Counted from the first letter of the stretch, positions 1 to 13,298 are shown. The stretch is 64,000 nucleotides of DNA from the human T2T-CHM13v2.0 reference genome, Homo sapiens (GCF_009914755.1 NC_060941.1); one strand, 5' to 3'. Numbers and translations: made by a program. The notes: generated by a model from the letters alone, not told the origin.

Positions 1-390
1 ATTAAAAAATATATATATATATATTAAAATGGCTGCTTCAGGAAAAAGTCAGACAAATAAGTGAGCTCTGGTTAAAGCAAAAGCCGTTTTGAAAAACAAC
101 ATCAACTCTACTGATGCGTACACCGTTCTACAGAAACGCATGTTTAAAGCAGTTCACTCTGATTTTTCTGTGCTTCACAGCCCAGAAAAATTTCTAGTCC
201 AAGTAGAAGACCCCTTTAAGAAATTAATTTCTTCAGGTTCTAGAAGATACATATTCATTCCAATATAACATGGTTTTGAAATTAAGGCAACATTCATTTT
301 TTAAAAACAGCTGCTCCGCAAGAGGCTCAATAATTGGGATTTGATTTTGAAGCTACAGAACTGGCTTAATCAGATCATCAATGTATCTCT

Positions 391-850
391 ACCCAGCAGA
401 AGCAAGACTAAATCCAAGGTCCATATAATGAAGCTGATGAAAAACAGAGCAATCGTATAAAAGAAATTCCTATCTCAAGACTGCTATATACCCTGAGAAG
501 CCAACTTGTATCATTCTAAACTGGAAACTCTAAATCGTTGCTTTCTTTTCAGAATCTGAGCACTCAACCATTCTGGGTTTAATATTCACACATGACAATT
601 TTTCTGGATGGACACAATCTACCCAGCAGAAGCAAGACTAAATCCAAGGTCCATATAATGAAGCTGATGAAAAACAGAGCAATCGTATAAAAGAAATCCC
701 TATCTCAAGACTGCTATATACCCTGAGAAGCCAACTTGTATCATTCTAAACTGGAAACTCTAAATCGTTGCTTTCTTTTCAGAATCTGAGCACTCAACCA
801 TTCTGGGTTTAATATTCACACATGACAATTTTTCTGGATGGACACAATCT
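391..850. repeat. Tandem duplication, 2 x 230 bp
   Basis: 391-620 and 621-850 are identical except T468/C698; TCTA microhomology at 388, 618 and 848. Confidence 0.98.
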
Positions 851-907
851 AGCTTCTGTATTATAAATTCAAAATGCCCTTCTAGTCCTCTATCTTCCAA
901 GATATTA

Positions 908-1265
<358 letters not shown>

Positions 1266-1699
1266 CTACAATATCAAAGAGTACACAGAGAAGGGCCATC
1301 AGAAGAGATTTCAACAAATTTCCAGAACAGAGAAAGGAAAGAAACAGTGCTAAGTGCTAATATCTTCTAGAATAAAAACTCCACAAAGGCAGGGACACCG
1401 TATGCCTTGTACACTGTTGTGTTTGTGGTACTCAGCACAGGGCCTAGCACACTAAGGATTTCACACACACACACAAACACACACACATGAACGAAGCCAA
1501 CTTTCTCATGAGCAGACAAGTGTGGAGCTGGTGTCCAGGGTAAAGCCTCCATATGTAGACAGCGGACACCTAAGAGAACCCTACCCCAAGCAGGCTCTGG
1601 CTCACTCGCCCTGAAGCCAAGCCTCCCTGCCCACAAGGCCCAGCCATGCACAGAGCTTCCGCTTAACATGTCTACTGCTTCACTCTTACACTTACAGAG

Positions 1700-3290
1700 A
1701 TAACCACACCTATGCCAGGAGTGAGAAAGGACAAGACAGGGAACAGAAAACTCACCCTAGAGCAAACAGAGATAATTAGGGGGAAAAAAGAAAGAAAAAA
1801 AAAACCTTTAAAAGAACAGAAAACTCTGGAAAAGGGACAATTACAGAAAAAGAATACGGCCTTGCAAATTAAACATACTTTTGTCCCCCACATCAAAAAA
1901 GTCAACGAAGGATTAAAAGATAAAGTTGGGGCATTCCTGTAGAACAAAGAGGTTTGAAAATATAAGCAAACCTGGAAATATAAGCAAAAAAATAAACTCG
2001 GTTGAATAAAAATATTTTTAAATCCCACAGAGAAATTCTCATAGGAAAAATTCAGAAGTTCCAGGAATAAAGACGATCCTAAAACCTCCACAGAGGTTAA
2101 GGAGAGTGATTAATCAGACCACCCACGAGGGAAGATCTCGCTGGTGTCAGTATAAGAGCCCGCACACTAAAGATAGCGCAGTGGAACTTTCAAAATTCTA
2201 AATGAAAATTATCTGAACCCCAAATTCTCAGTCAAGTAGGAGGGTAAAACAGACTCATTTCAGATACATAAGGATCAGAAAGTTTGTCTTCTGTGCACCC
2301 CTTCTGAAGAAGCTACTTCAGGAGCAAGATGTGGATCAAGGAACGGGACTGACTCAGGAGCCTGAGGACAGCAAGCGCCATCAACTGTGATGGCCAACAG
2401 CCACCAGACCGGGTCAGAGCAGGAAGCCAAAGGGCTGCCAGAGGAATGCCATCAGAAAGAATGAAATCAGACTCGAAACCAGAGAATGAAGGAGAAAGCA
2501 GCTGAGAAAACTGTGTGATACCAACAGGCATCATTCGGTTTCCTCTCAAGAGAATAAAAAGGACTGGGCAACAGGAAAAACTCAACTACAGGAAATCACA
2601 GAAGAAATGAAACATGCCCCCCGAGTGGTGTCCTCTGGGCCATCAGGGACGCCAGGAACAGCTCCCTTTGAGTGGGCACCTGGCTCTACGGTGAGTGGTA
2701 TCTACATTCCTGTCATGGTGCTGGTCGCTGGTAGTTAACTTACAGAATCACCCTGTAGACAAAGCATGAAAGACCAACCCAGGCTGGAGAAGCAAAGCTA
2801 TCTGTTACCAAGGTGAAGGAAGAGCTGACCAAAGTTTGAGGGAAGCAAAGTGGAGAGGGCAGCAGGGTCCCAAATGGTCCCCACAGCTTCCTCCTACAAC
2901 ACTAGAGACCAGAGGCATGGATAAGGATCATGAACAAGAAACCCACGCTGTAAATATGCCAAAGGTAAAAATCCAGGAACTGAAAATTGTGATCAACTAC
3001 CAAAAATGGACAGTGAGAGAAGGAAGGAAGAGAATGGTGTGAGCTGCATCCTCATCCATCATAGGCAGAAGGCAGGAGATAACCTTTGATCTTGACAAAA
3101 TAATCACCAATTTAAGAACTTGGCAGCACCCACTAGAAGACCTAAAAGCAGAAAAAAGTGAATTAATAGTGGCTGCTTTGGGGAGTGGGTCTGGGAATAG
3201 AGAGACAGGACATATAAGCCCCTGAATACTTGCTTTAAAATACATATATATATGTACTATGACAATTTGAAAACAAAAGACTAAAAATGT
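1700..3290 (+). mobile_element. Old HAL1/L1M-type LINE remnant
   Basis: A-rich; 2180-2330 resembles HAL1 (ttcaaaattct...gagggtaaaa...tttcaga...tgcacccc...gaagctact). Ends are approximate. Confidence 0.55.
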
Positions 3291-3839
3291 ACAACTATGG
3301 TCACTAGAAAAGATAGCCCTTCTGTGTCCTTGGAGTCAGACAGAAAACGCTTCTGGTCAATTTGTAGCTAGAATAAATAAGACATTTATCTACATTTATT
3401 TTGATCCAATCTCCTGACATTTGCCACATGACTGCTAAATTACTTCTCCATTCCATACTTACTAACTTTAAATCATAATGCTGCTCCCCTTCTGGCTCAA
3501 CCAATCATTCAAGAACTTTATTTTAAAAAGCTGAACTACACCTCATTTTTCTAGTGGAATTTTATTCTGAGATGAGGCAAAATCTAATATTTTAATAAGT
3601 ATTTTCCTCTGCATAAACTTAACAATGCAACATCAAATCTTTAATTCAAGCCTTCATTCTCATGCTGCCCCGGACAGAAAAAACATCCAAAAACAAAATG
3701 CTTAATTTCATTTAGCAGCATGAAGAATCAACACTATTGCTGGAGAGCTGAGGTGTGATTGATTCCTACAGTCTTGGCTAGTGTCTTCAGGACACTGCGA
3801 AGGCCACAGCTGGAACAAGAAAGGTGGTGGTCAGAAATA

Positions 3840-4320
3840 CCCATGTCTACCTCACAGCCCGGGAGTTTCTGGGAAAGCACCGTCCGCACCCTGGGAAACC
3901 CGTCTATTCATGCCGCTTCTCTCCTGTGTAGCCATTAGGGTTAAACTGCAAAAGAACGGCTCAGATGGGCCAGATGGCAGCACAACAAACAGCTCCTCCC
4001 TCCCCCACTGCCACGTGCTGCAGCCATGCTTATGTGCCAGGGAGGCGGTGTGCCAGGGAGGCGGCTGAACCCCTTGCTCTTTAAAAGAATGGCCACTGGG
4101 GAGGGCAGCAGGTTGTCCCTGCCGGCAGCCTGAGCACAATGGAGACAAACCAGAGGGGGAGCCGCCCTGACACACCACCCGGTCGCTCGCCCTCCTCGCC
4201 CATTGCCAGAGGGGCACCCGGAATCCATGCCCACAAAGGTTAATCTGCAAGGTGTCCGGCTGGCAGTCAGGGGGACGGTCCAGCATCAGCCCCATCACCA
4301 TTCCTTTCCAGGGTTCCAAT
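3840..4320 (-). promoter_or_regulatory. GC/CpG-rich unique segment, candidate third internal promoter/first exon or enhancer
   Basis: High GC and retained CpGs (ccggtcgctcgcc, ccgtccgc) in a 6-kb Alu-free stretch. Only weak donors near 3850-3856. Confidence 0.4.
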
Positions 4321-5138
4321 TTAATGAAGAGGATTAAAGTGACAAAAACAACAAGGCGCTATTGTGCTTGGCTGTGAATAGGAAAGCCACACAAGGGAAG
4401 CTTTCATTTATTTATTTATTTAAATGTTGCTTTGCAGATTTTAACAGTCGGCAGAAACCCAGAGCTGAAATGGGTTCCAGCCAGTGGCATACAAAGGAGG
4501 ACTGTCTTAAAGGGACAGAGCCCTCTTTCCAAGCCAGAGGACGATACATGAGCACACGGCGGGCTCTAGTCTAAAATCCTGCAACCCGCACTCCACCGGC
4601 CACAGGCAGATGCCCGGGGATATGCCATAAAGTTCCACGGAAAACGCAGCTCTCTGACAGCAGGTTCTGCTTGGCAGACACATAGCAGCTGCCAGGACCA
4701 CACTGTCCTAAATCCCCGTGGGTACCGTCAAATGAACGTGTCCAAGGCATGCTTTAGGACCAGGATGTCTCTTTGAGGTCATCCAGCTGGCACCAGACCC
4801 CTCTGCCTAGCTTTCAAATACATCACTTGCCTTATTTTTTTCCACTATAATGATTAACCAGCATCCTTCTTACAGCCTCTGCCTTTCAATGGATAAAAAG
4901 GTCCATATTTAAACCAACAATGCGGGGAAACATTTTATAAAGTAATTAAGGAGTGAGCCCTCATTTGCGGAGAAGGTAAATATACAAAAGGTAACTACCT
5001 TAGTCAGAGTTGCTCCCAGGCCAAGGAGGTCATTGCCATTTCCTTTTCATCCCCTCCAGCTGGCCTGCTGCCAACGGGTGCCCTCCTGCTAATCACGGCC
5101 ACACCCCTTTACAGACCTGGAAGTTTCATAAACACTGA

Positions 5139-5139
<1 letters not shown>

Positions 5140-5190
<51 letters not shown>
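5140..5190. repeat. (CA)n microsatellite
   Basis: About 25 uninterrupted CA units. Confidence 0.98.
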
Positions 5191-5193
<3 letters not shown>

Positions 5194-5609
5194 CCTTCTC
5201 TCTTAACCTTAAGCTCTGCCTAAAACAGCAGTGGCAGTAATGAAATAAAGCACCCAGCTTTTCTACAGCCTCTACAGAAACTACCACCTGCTCAGAGGAG
5301 AACAACTGGCTATTTACAAACCAGGCTTTGGGCTCAAAAGCGCGCATCTGGGAAACCATCTTGTTCCTCCAACCTCCAAAGATACAGTGATCATGGCGTG
5401 AGGGCTAAGAAACTCCAAATATCCTGAGCACTGGTTCCAGTATTCAGCACTTACTCGCCACATACCTGTGTCAATCCTACTAGTCAGACCTTAAACAAAC
5501 CAGCGTGTTCACCTCCCTCTGCACTACCCTATGGGTGTAAGTCACTTTGTCTCCCAGAAAATCCCAGTGACTTATAATTTGAAAAACTTCAAAATACTGG
5601 AAACAACTC

Positions 5610-5770
5610 AGGCTTTGGAGACATACCAATGTTCAACAAACTGCTAATCTCTCTGGGCCTCAGTTTTGTCCAGCTGTAAAATGGCACTGCAGTTATTAGC
5701 ACTGTTGTGAGGAATGCGTGATGGAAAAGATAAAGCTGTGAGCACAAATAGGTGCCCAACAAATGCCAAA
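5610..5770. mobile_element. MIR fragment
   Basis: ctctctgggcctcagtttt...ctgtaaaatgg...gttgtgagga core. Confidence 0.7.
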
Positions 5771-6844
5771 TGTCTTTCCTTTATCTGCATACCCAATTCA
5801 TCTTCCTCTTTTGCTTCTTTCTAACAATGTCATCATTGACGCATTCAGCCTGCATTTACTGCTTGCCTACTAGGTGGAAGGCAGCGGGGGTACAACACTG
5901 AAGAGACAGATCTGGTTCCTTCCGGCAGGAGCAGCAGTCCCTGGAAGCATCCACTGAGAAGGTGATGACTTCAGGTGTGCATGTTAACGAGGGATCATGC
6001 ACAAGGCTGTATGAATCCACAGCATGGGTGCCTCACCCAACTTCTGGGACGGATCCGGGGACTGCCACTCTACAGGGAGTGGTCTTGGGTCCTAAGCCTA
6101 GCTTGGGGCCACACTCACCAGCTGGATGACCCTGGGCAAGTTACTTCGGCTATCTGTGCCTCAAAGCAAACAGTAAGCTAAGAGGTTGCTTCCTGAGCAG
6201 AGTACTGTTTAAAATGACTACAGCTTTTATATCACTTGGGGAACATACAAATGACCCACAATAATACAAAATCTGGTAAGTTAAAAACTATAGGATAAGA
6301 AGGCAGTGCTGTGAGGCATGGCTAACAACTGCAGGTAAGGCAGCAAACAAGAAAAAAAAACAGTCGAGGAGTCAAAGATAAAGTTCTTACAGATCATTAC
6401 TGCAAGTGGAGAATGGCTTGGTTTAGGGGAACTTTTTTCCCCTCACTGAGAAAAGTAATTTTCAACTTTCACAAAACTCCATGCTGACATTACAAATATG
6501 TGGGGTCAGATCTTTAAGGCAGGGATAAGAATGCAACCAAAATCCAGTGTATCTTTCAGGTAAAATGTAACGGAAGAGAGATGTAAAGCAAACAGTTGTA
6601 ATGATACCAGGATTTTACTGGAAGCCTGAAATTTTGAGACAGTCCTCAGGATAAATGTTAGGATCAGAGGATGAAGAAAGATGGATGTAGCAAAGGGGTG
6701 TGACTAGAGCAGGAGGCCCAGGTGACACTTTCTGCCAATAATACACTGAAGAGTTCACACCTTCACACAGTCTATCTACTTTGGGAAACCAATTAAGTTT
6801 CCCACTCACTGAGTCAGAAACACAGTAATACTTTTCAAACTTAG

Positions 6845-7188
6845 TACCTTAAAAAGGAAGGAAATTCTGATGTATGCTACAACACGGATGAACCTGGAGG
6901 ACATTAAGCCAGTTGCAAAAGGGCAAATACTGAAGGATTCCACTGATAAGAGGCCCCTGGAGTAGTCAAACTACCATAGAGACAGACAGTGGGATGGATG
7001 TTGCCAGGGGCTGGGGAGAGGGGGAGTGGGAGAATGAAGGTTTAATGGCGGGTTTCAGTTTTGCAAGATGAAAAAGTTCTAGAGACTGGATTGCACAATA
7101 ATATGAACGTATGAATGTACTACTGAACTTAACAGGCTGAAGATGGTACATTTTTTGTTATATGTATTTTACCACCATTAAAAATAAA
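6845..7188 (+). mobile_element. L1MB-type 3' end
   Basis: gaaattctga...atgctacaacacggatgaacct...gtttcagttttgcaagatgaaaaagttct...tatgtattttacca plus A tail. Confidence 0.85.
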
Positions 7189-7826
7189 GGCCTGGCATGG
7201 TGGCTCATGCCTATAATACCCCCGGCACTTTGATTTGTTTTTTTATTTGTTTGTTTTTGAGATGGAGTCTTGCTCTGTCACCCAGGCTGGAGTGCACTGC
7301 CGCAACCTCAGCTCACTGCAACCTCTGCCTCCTGGGTTCATGCAATTCTCCTGCCTCAGCCTCCCCAATAGATAGGACTACAGGTGCCTGCCACCACGCC
7401 CAGCTAATTTTTGTATTTTTAGTAGAGACGGGGTTTCACCATGTTGGCCAGGCTGGTCTCAAACTCCTGACCTCAGGTGATCAGCCTGCTTCAGCCTCCC
7501 AAAGTGCTGGAATTACAGGCGTGAGCCATCGCACCCAGCCATCCCCAGCACTTTGAGAGGCTGAGGGAGGGAGATGGCTTGAGCTCAGGAGTTTGAGACC
7601 AGCCTGGGTGACATGGCAAAACCTCATCTCTACAAAAAATACAAAAGTTAGCCACATGTGGTGGCACGCACTTGTAGTCCCAGCTACTTAGGAGGCTGAG
7701 GTGCGAGGACCGCGTAAGCCCTGGAATGTGGAGGTTGCAGTGAGCCCAGGTTGCACCACTGCATCCAGCCTGGGCGACAGAGAAAGACCCTCTCTCAAAA
7801 AAATAAAAATATAAAATAAACAAAAA
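7189..7826 (+). mobile_element. AluJ-like host interrupted by an inverted Alu
   Basis: Alu 5' end at 7189-7232 resumes at about 7543; duplicated ccc(g/a)gcactttg. Confidence 0.85.
7234..7540 (-). mobile_element. Alu (S-like) nested in AluJ
   Basis: Full reverse Alu. Confidence 0.95.
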
Positions 7827-7860
7827 TTTCACAGCATATTCTAACTTCTCTGTCTGCTTA

Positions 7861-8301
<441 letters not shown>

Positions 8302-8625
8302 TTAAATTAGCAGGCAGCTAGCAGAAATGGTATTCAACATAGAGGCAGAGGTGCCTTCCGGCAAATTGCCAATATGAATATTTAGACTATTCTAATTTAA
8401 ATTTCTTCCATGCAAAAACTACCCAGTTTCCCCACTAACAGTAAATCTATTAAAGGCTTTTATTACTGCATTCTGCATTTTCAGGGAAGACTTCGGTCCT
8501 CTTCTCAGTGTTGGAGCCGTCTCATCTGACAGCTCCTCACGTTCACAGGCGATGCTGCCTGGGCTTTCACTCACTACTTTGTGACCTGGAGCAAACAATC
8601 ACCTCTTCCAGCCTCAGTTTCCTCA

Positions 8626-8982
<357 letters not shown>

Positions 8983-10134
8983 GTAAGGTATCAAAAAATT
9001 TAATTTAATAAATCCTAGAACTCAAAGACTTAGCTTGCATTTCAAGGTAGTAACAGAACCTAAGTGACAAAATTTTATCCTGCGAATTTGGTTTAGAAAA
9101 ATAAAGTTAACATCCGCTTTCAATAAAAGCTAAAAACTAGAAAACAACCATTTTAAGAACCTTAACTTTTTCTAAAAGCTCACAGTGACAACACCTGATA
9201 TAGCTGACATAGCTGGGGTTTCCCAGCAGCTTCTTTCTAGCACTCCACTGCTGTTTCGAAAGGATCCCAGGGACTGGGCGCAGAGCTCCACAGGGAAGAA
9301 CCATTTTCTAGCCCTAGCCTCCTTGAGCCAAGTGGCCTGCTCCTTCACTCCCAGGGAAAGCCTGGAGTTCCCTCTTCCTCCAAACAAGCCAAAACAGCTT
9401 GCTCGCCCCTCCTCCCAAGGGGGCAGGCTCCTGTCCCCTGGGTGAAGCTGCCACTCCCCGTGCCTGCCAGCTGCAACCACTGTCAGCTTGCACAGCTGGG
9501 CCACGACACCCCTTCCGTGTCCAAAAGAGAGGCTTGGTGGCTTGGAAGTCAATTCTCTCTCACTTTACCCTCAGTGGCTCAGATCTGTTTGTTTGCTAGC
9601 CCTTTGTAATGCTCTGAATTTTTCTGTACATTGAAATATTCTCCCTCAGTCTGACAGCTGGAAAGGACCCCTAGCATTAAACGCGACGTACAATTCCAAC
9701 TCCTTTTCTATGTGTATTGATGGAAAGAGGACTACTCGTGCCCAGGAAAGGTTCCCAAGTCCTTACCGAGTAAAACAGAAACTCCACGGGTGGCAGGCCT
9801 AGAGGGGAGATCACCCTGAATCTGTCCCGCTGTTTTCTGCCCCCCTATTTCAAACCTCACGGAAGCTGGACCAAGGAAATTGACTACTGGCATGTTCCTA
9901 AGTCTCAGGCTTAGAAGAAACGACACTGAATGCCTGGATACCTATCCAAAAGTGTAGTGGAAAAACCTTCAGAGGAGAGCATAGAATGCAGACCCAAAGG
10001 ACAGACATGCAGAGAGACAGCCACGCACACATCAGCTCCTACTGCTGGCTGCTGGGTGGGAGAGGCAGGCAGGCAGCAACGCATAATGGGAAATCTGCTG
10101 ACAGGGCTCCACACGCCATCCACCAGCCTCTTAC

Positions 10135-10234
10135 CCACGGTGAGTCCCCTCTCCTGCGGCCCCAGTGTCCTGGCCAGCCCTGGGCAGCAACATCAAAGCC
10201 TCGGCAGGTCACAGCTCTCCACGTCAGAGGCCAT
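10135..10234 (-). pseudogene. CYTH1: Stop-interrupted alternative coding first exon / uORF exon (MASDVESCDLPRL*CCCPGLARTLGPQERGLTV, phase 1)
   Basis: GCCACCATGG at 10240-10231; 100 nt to donor TGG|GTAAGA (GT at 10134-10133); single in-frame TGA at 10195-10193. Confidence 0.6.
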
Positions 10235-10239
10235 GGTGG

Positions 10240-10620
10240 CTCCGTGCAGCGACCCCACAGTACCAGGCTGCCGGGAGCTCCCACAGCTGTAGGTGCAGGG
10301 AGAGCCGGAGCAAGGACAGCATGTGTGCGCCAGCACAGCAGGGGTAGAGAAGAAGGTGTCCAGAGAAAACAAAAGCTGAGAGCACCGGCCCTGCAGGTGG
10401 AAACTCGCTGGGCCCGGTGGGGAAGGCTGGCGCAGAGCGCAGAGATGGACGCGCAGAGCTGCAGCCCTAGCAGACGCTCCGAGTGTGTGCTGCTCCGCTC
10501 CTCCAGGCTCATTTCCATGAATGCAGTCACAGCCAGCCCCTCCTACTATCCCCCATTCCCGGCCTCCCGGGGGGGAGGGGAGGCACCACCAGCATTTGCG
10601 CACAGGCTGCACTTGCTTTC
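10240..10620 (-). promoter_or_regulatory. GC/CpG-rich candidate internal promoter/5'UTR upstream of the 10.2-kb exon
   Basis: Cluster of retained CpGs (gcgcagagcgcagag, gacgcgcag) and G/C runs at 10550-10583 in an Alu-free stretch. Confidence 0.5.
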
Positions 10621-11107
10621 CTCTCTCCCTCAGAAGCAAAAGCCTAATGCCTGCTTTCACTGCAAGAATGCCAACCTTACTCCAGATGCCCTCTCCTTTC
10701 TGCATGGATAAACAAGAGACTGGATCTAGGGGGTGGATGTTCTGTCACCCCAAAGGCACAAGCCTAGTCCTTTCCACTGCCCCGCATCAGGTCAGCAGGC
10801 AAAGTGGCACTGACCAGACTGCTCCAACACCGTCCTGGAGGGGCTTCAGGAGGAGTATCCTTTGCTCCCTTCCTCCAGGGATCCCATGCCCTCCACTTCC
10901 ACGAGGGACACTCCAGCCTTTTCACCAAGAAGGACTCGCCTCCTACTCAGTACACTCGCAGCCACCAATGGTTATTTCTTCACCAGAGGCTGTGGCATCG
11001 CCTTTGAGGACACCTGCCTATTATCAGGTTGGAATGTTAGGCAAGCGAACCTTGGGGATGATAATACAAGATGGCTGGTGACAAGAAATATGGCTACAGC
11101 CTGAGGA

Positions 11108-11265
11108 TAGCAGCTCTCAAACCTCAGAGGGCACGAGAATCACCAAGGGCGCCTGTTAAACACGCAGATTTGGGACCCCAGTCCCAAAAGCATGAACTCC
11201 AGAGACCCAGGCCCCTAAGTGACACAGAATACAGGGTTACTGCAGACCACACACAGCTTTTGACT
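11108..11265. mobile_element. MER5A-like hAT-Charlie MITE
   Basis: ctctcaaac...agaatcacc...gttaaacacgcagatt...gggacccc pattern. Confidence 0.55.
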
Positions 11266-11343
11266 AAGAAGGGAGGAGATATTTTTTAAACAATTCTAAA
11301 ATAACCAAGGAGAGAAAGTAAAAGGGAAATCACCGTGCTAGAG

Positions 11344-11571
11344 CAGGGTTCTTCAGTCTGGGCATTACTGGCACAGGGAGCAGGTCACTCTTTGTGGTGG
11401 GGGCTTCCCTGTGCCTTGCAGGGTGCTTAGCTGCGTCCCTGGCCTCTACCCACTAGGTGCCAGCAGCATCCCCATCCCAATTCCCCACAACCAGGTTTGA
11501 CAACCAAAAATGTCTCCAGGCATTGCTGAATGTCCCCTGCGGGACAAAACTGTCCTGGTTAAGAACCATTG
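11344..11571 (+). mobile_element. MER20 DNA transposon
   Basis: cagggttcttc ... ccctggcctctacccactag ... gacaaccaaaaatgtctccag ... gttaagaaccattg; ctag-containing flanks on both sides. Confidence 0.85.
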
Positions 11572-12954
11572 CTCTAGATAAACAATGGAAGAGGGGGTGG
11601 AAATCCTAAAAACACTCCCATACCCTCCCTCCTTTCCAGTCTCCTGCCGTTAGGAAATCAGTCATGGAAGGCACCCGCCCCTCTGCAAGCCCTGCCTCCA
11701 CTGCCATGCCATGGGGGTTGGGCTGGCTGGGGAATGCAAACAGACGTCCTCATCACCAGGCAGTGCCACCAGGCCTGACCCAAATACCCTGGCTCTGCGT
11801 TGTATCTTGTCTTTCAAGAAACAGCCATAGTGTGAACAATTTTCTTTTAGTGTCAAGAGAGTAGTACTTATTTAAAAGAATCATACTAAGTCCATGAAAA
11901 ACAAATTCTAAAATTCTACATTCTACAAAATGTATATTGAGAGTCCCAGTGCAACACGTCCCTGGGCCCCTGTCTTCCTCCTTCTCACTGTCTAGTAAGC
12001 CATCCCACCTCTCCTCCCAGTCCAAGGAAGATTCCACTTTCCCGGGATCCACCAGAGTACTCAGTTACATCTCTTTGCTTCTTTCTTCTTGTTCAGAAGC
12101 TCATCCTCACCATCCGCCATCCGTCGAGTCTTACCTCCTACAGGGAGAACTCAGATTCCTCCAGCCATGCTCCCTGCTCAGTTTACCCATATTAACCATC
12201 ACCTGATGACCTTCTTTATCACTTGGTAAATAACCAGGTGATAAATTACGTGATACAAACAAACTCAGTGAAGACAGCCTGGACTATCCACGCTGGTTAT
12301 CTACCACCATGTTTCCCAGGGATTTCATGTGAGATTAAGCTCTTGCTTTTCAGTAATATCTTGTACTGTAAATATTCTCATAGCACTTTTCATAGTCCTA
12401 AGGGCTGTCTTATTTTGAGGTGACATCACTGGTTTTTACACAAATACACATATACACATACACACTCTCTTCAGGGATTGAAAGAGCCCAGCAGGTGAGT
12501 TCTGACCCGTGACTCTCTACAGAAGACTCAGTCATCATGTGCAAGGCTCACTATGACTCTCTCTTTAACATGGCCAGCTTCCACTACGCCGACAGAGTGG
12601 ATCACAGCCGGGGTTTACCTGTGGTGTGTGAACCTAGGCAAAGGCTTTAGCTTGACCCAGGCCAGAGACTGCAGGTGGCAAAAACCTGCACTTTCAGTTA
12701 ATTCTAGGCACAGACAACATGAGAAAAGGATGTCAGTGGACAAAGAAGTTACAAGAAAAGCTGCAACCAAGAAGTCTACAGTGTGGCCCTCCTCATATCT
12801 GAACAAAACAGATGCCACAATATATACCACACAATCAAGCTTATGAAACCACATCCATCAGAGAGAATCACAGGAAACGACTGGCCACAGAATAGGAATC
12901 TCAGGACCAACAGAAAACATGAACGTTTTAAAAAATAATTTCTCAGACTCATAA

Positions 12955-13263
<309 letters not shown>

Positions 13264-13298
13264 TCAACAATCTTTTAAAAAGTTCACTGCATGGAAAC

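Noticed and set aside
9986-11081. Longest ORFs (241 aa +, 186 aa +, 170 aa -, 163 aa -)
   Set aside because: Overlapping stop-poor frames in GC-rich promoter-like DNA with no recognisable domain. Only the Kozak-initiated tail of 10193..10705 is informative.
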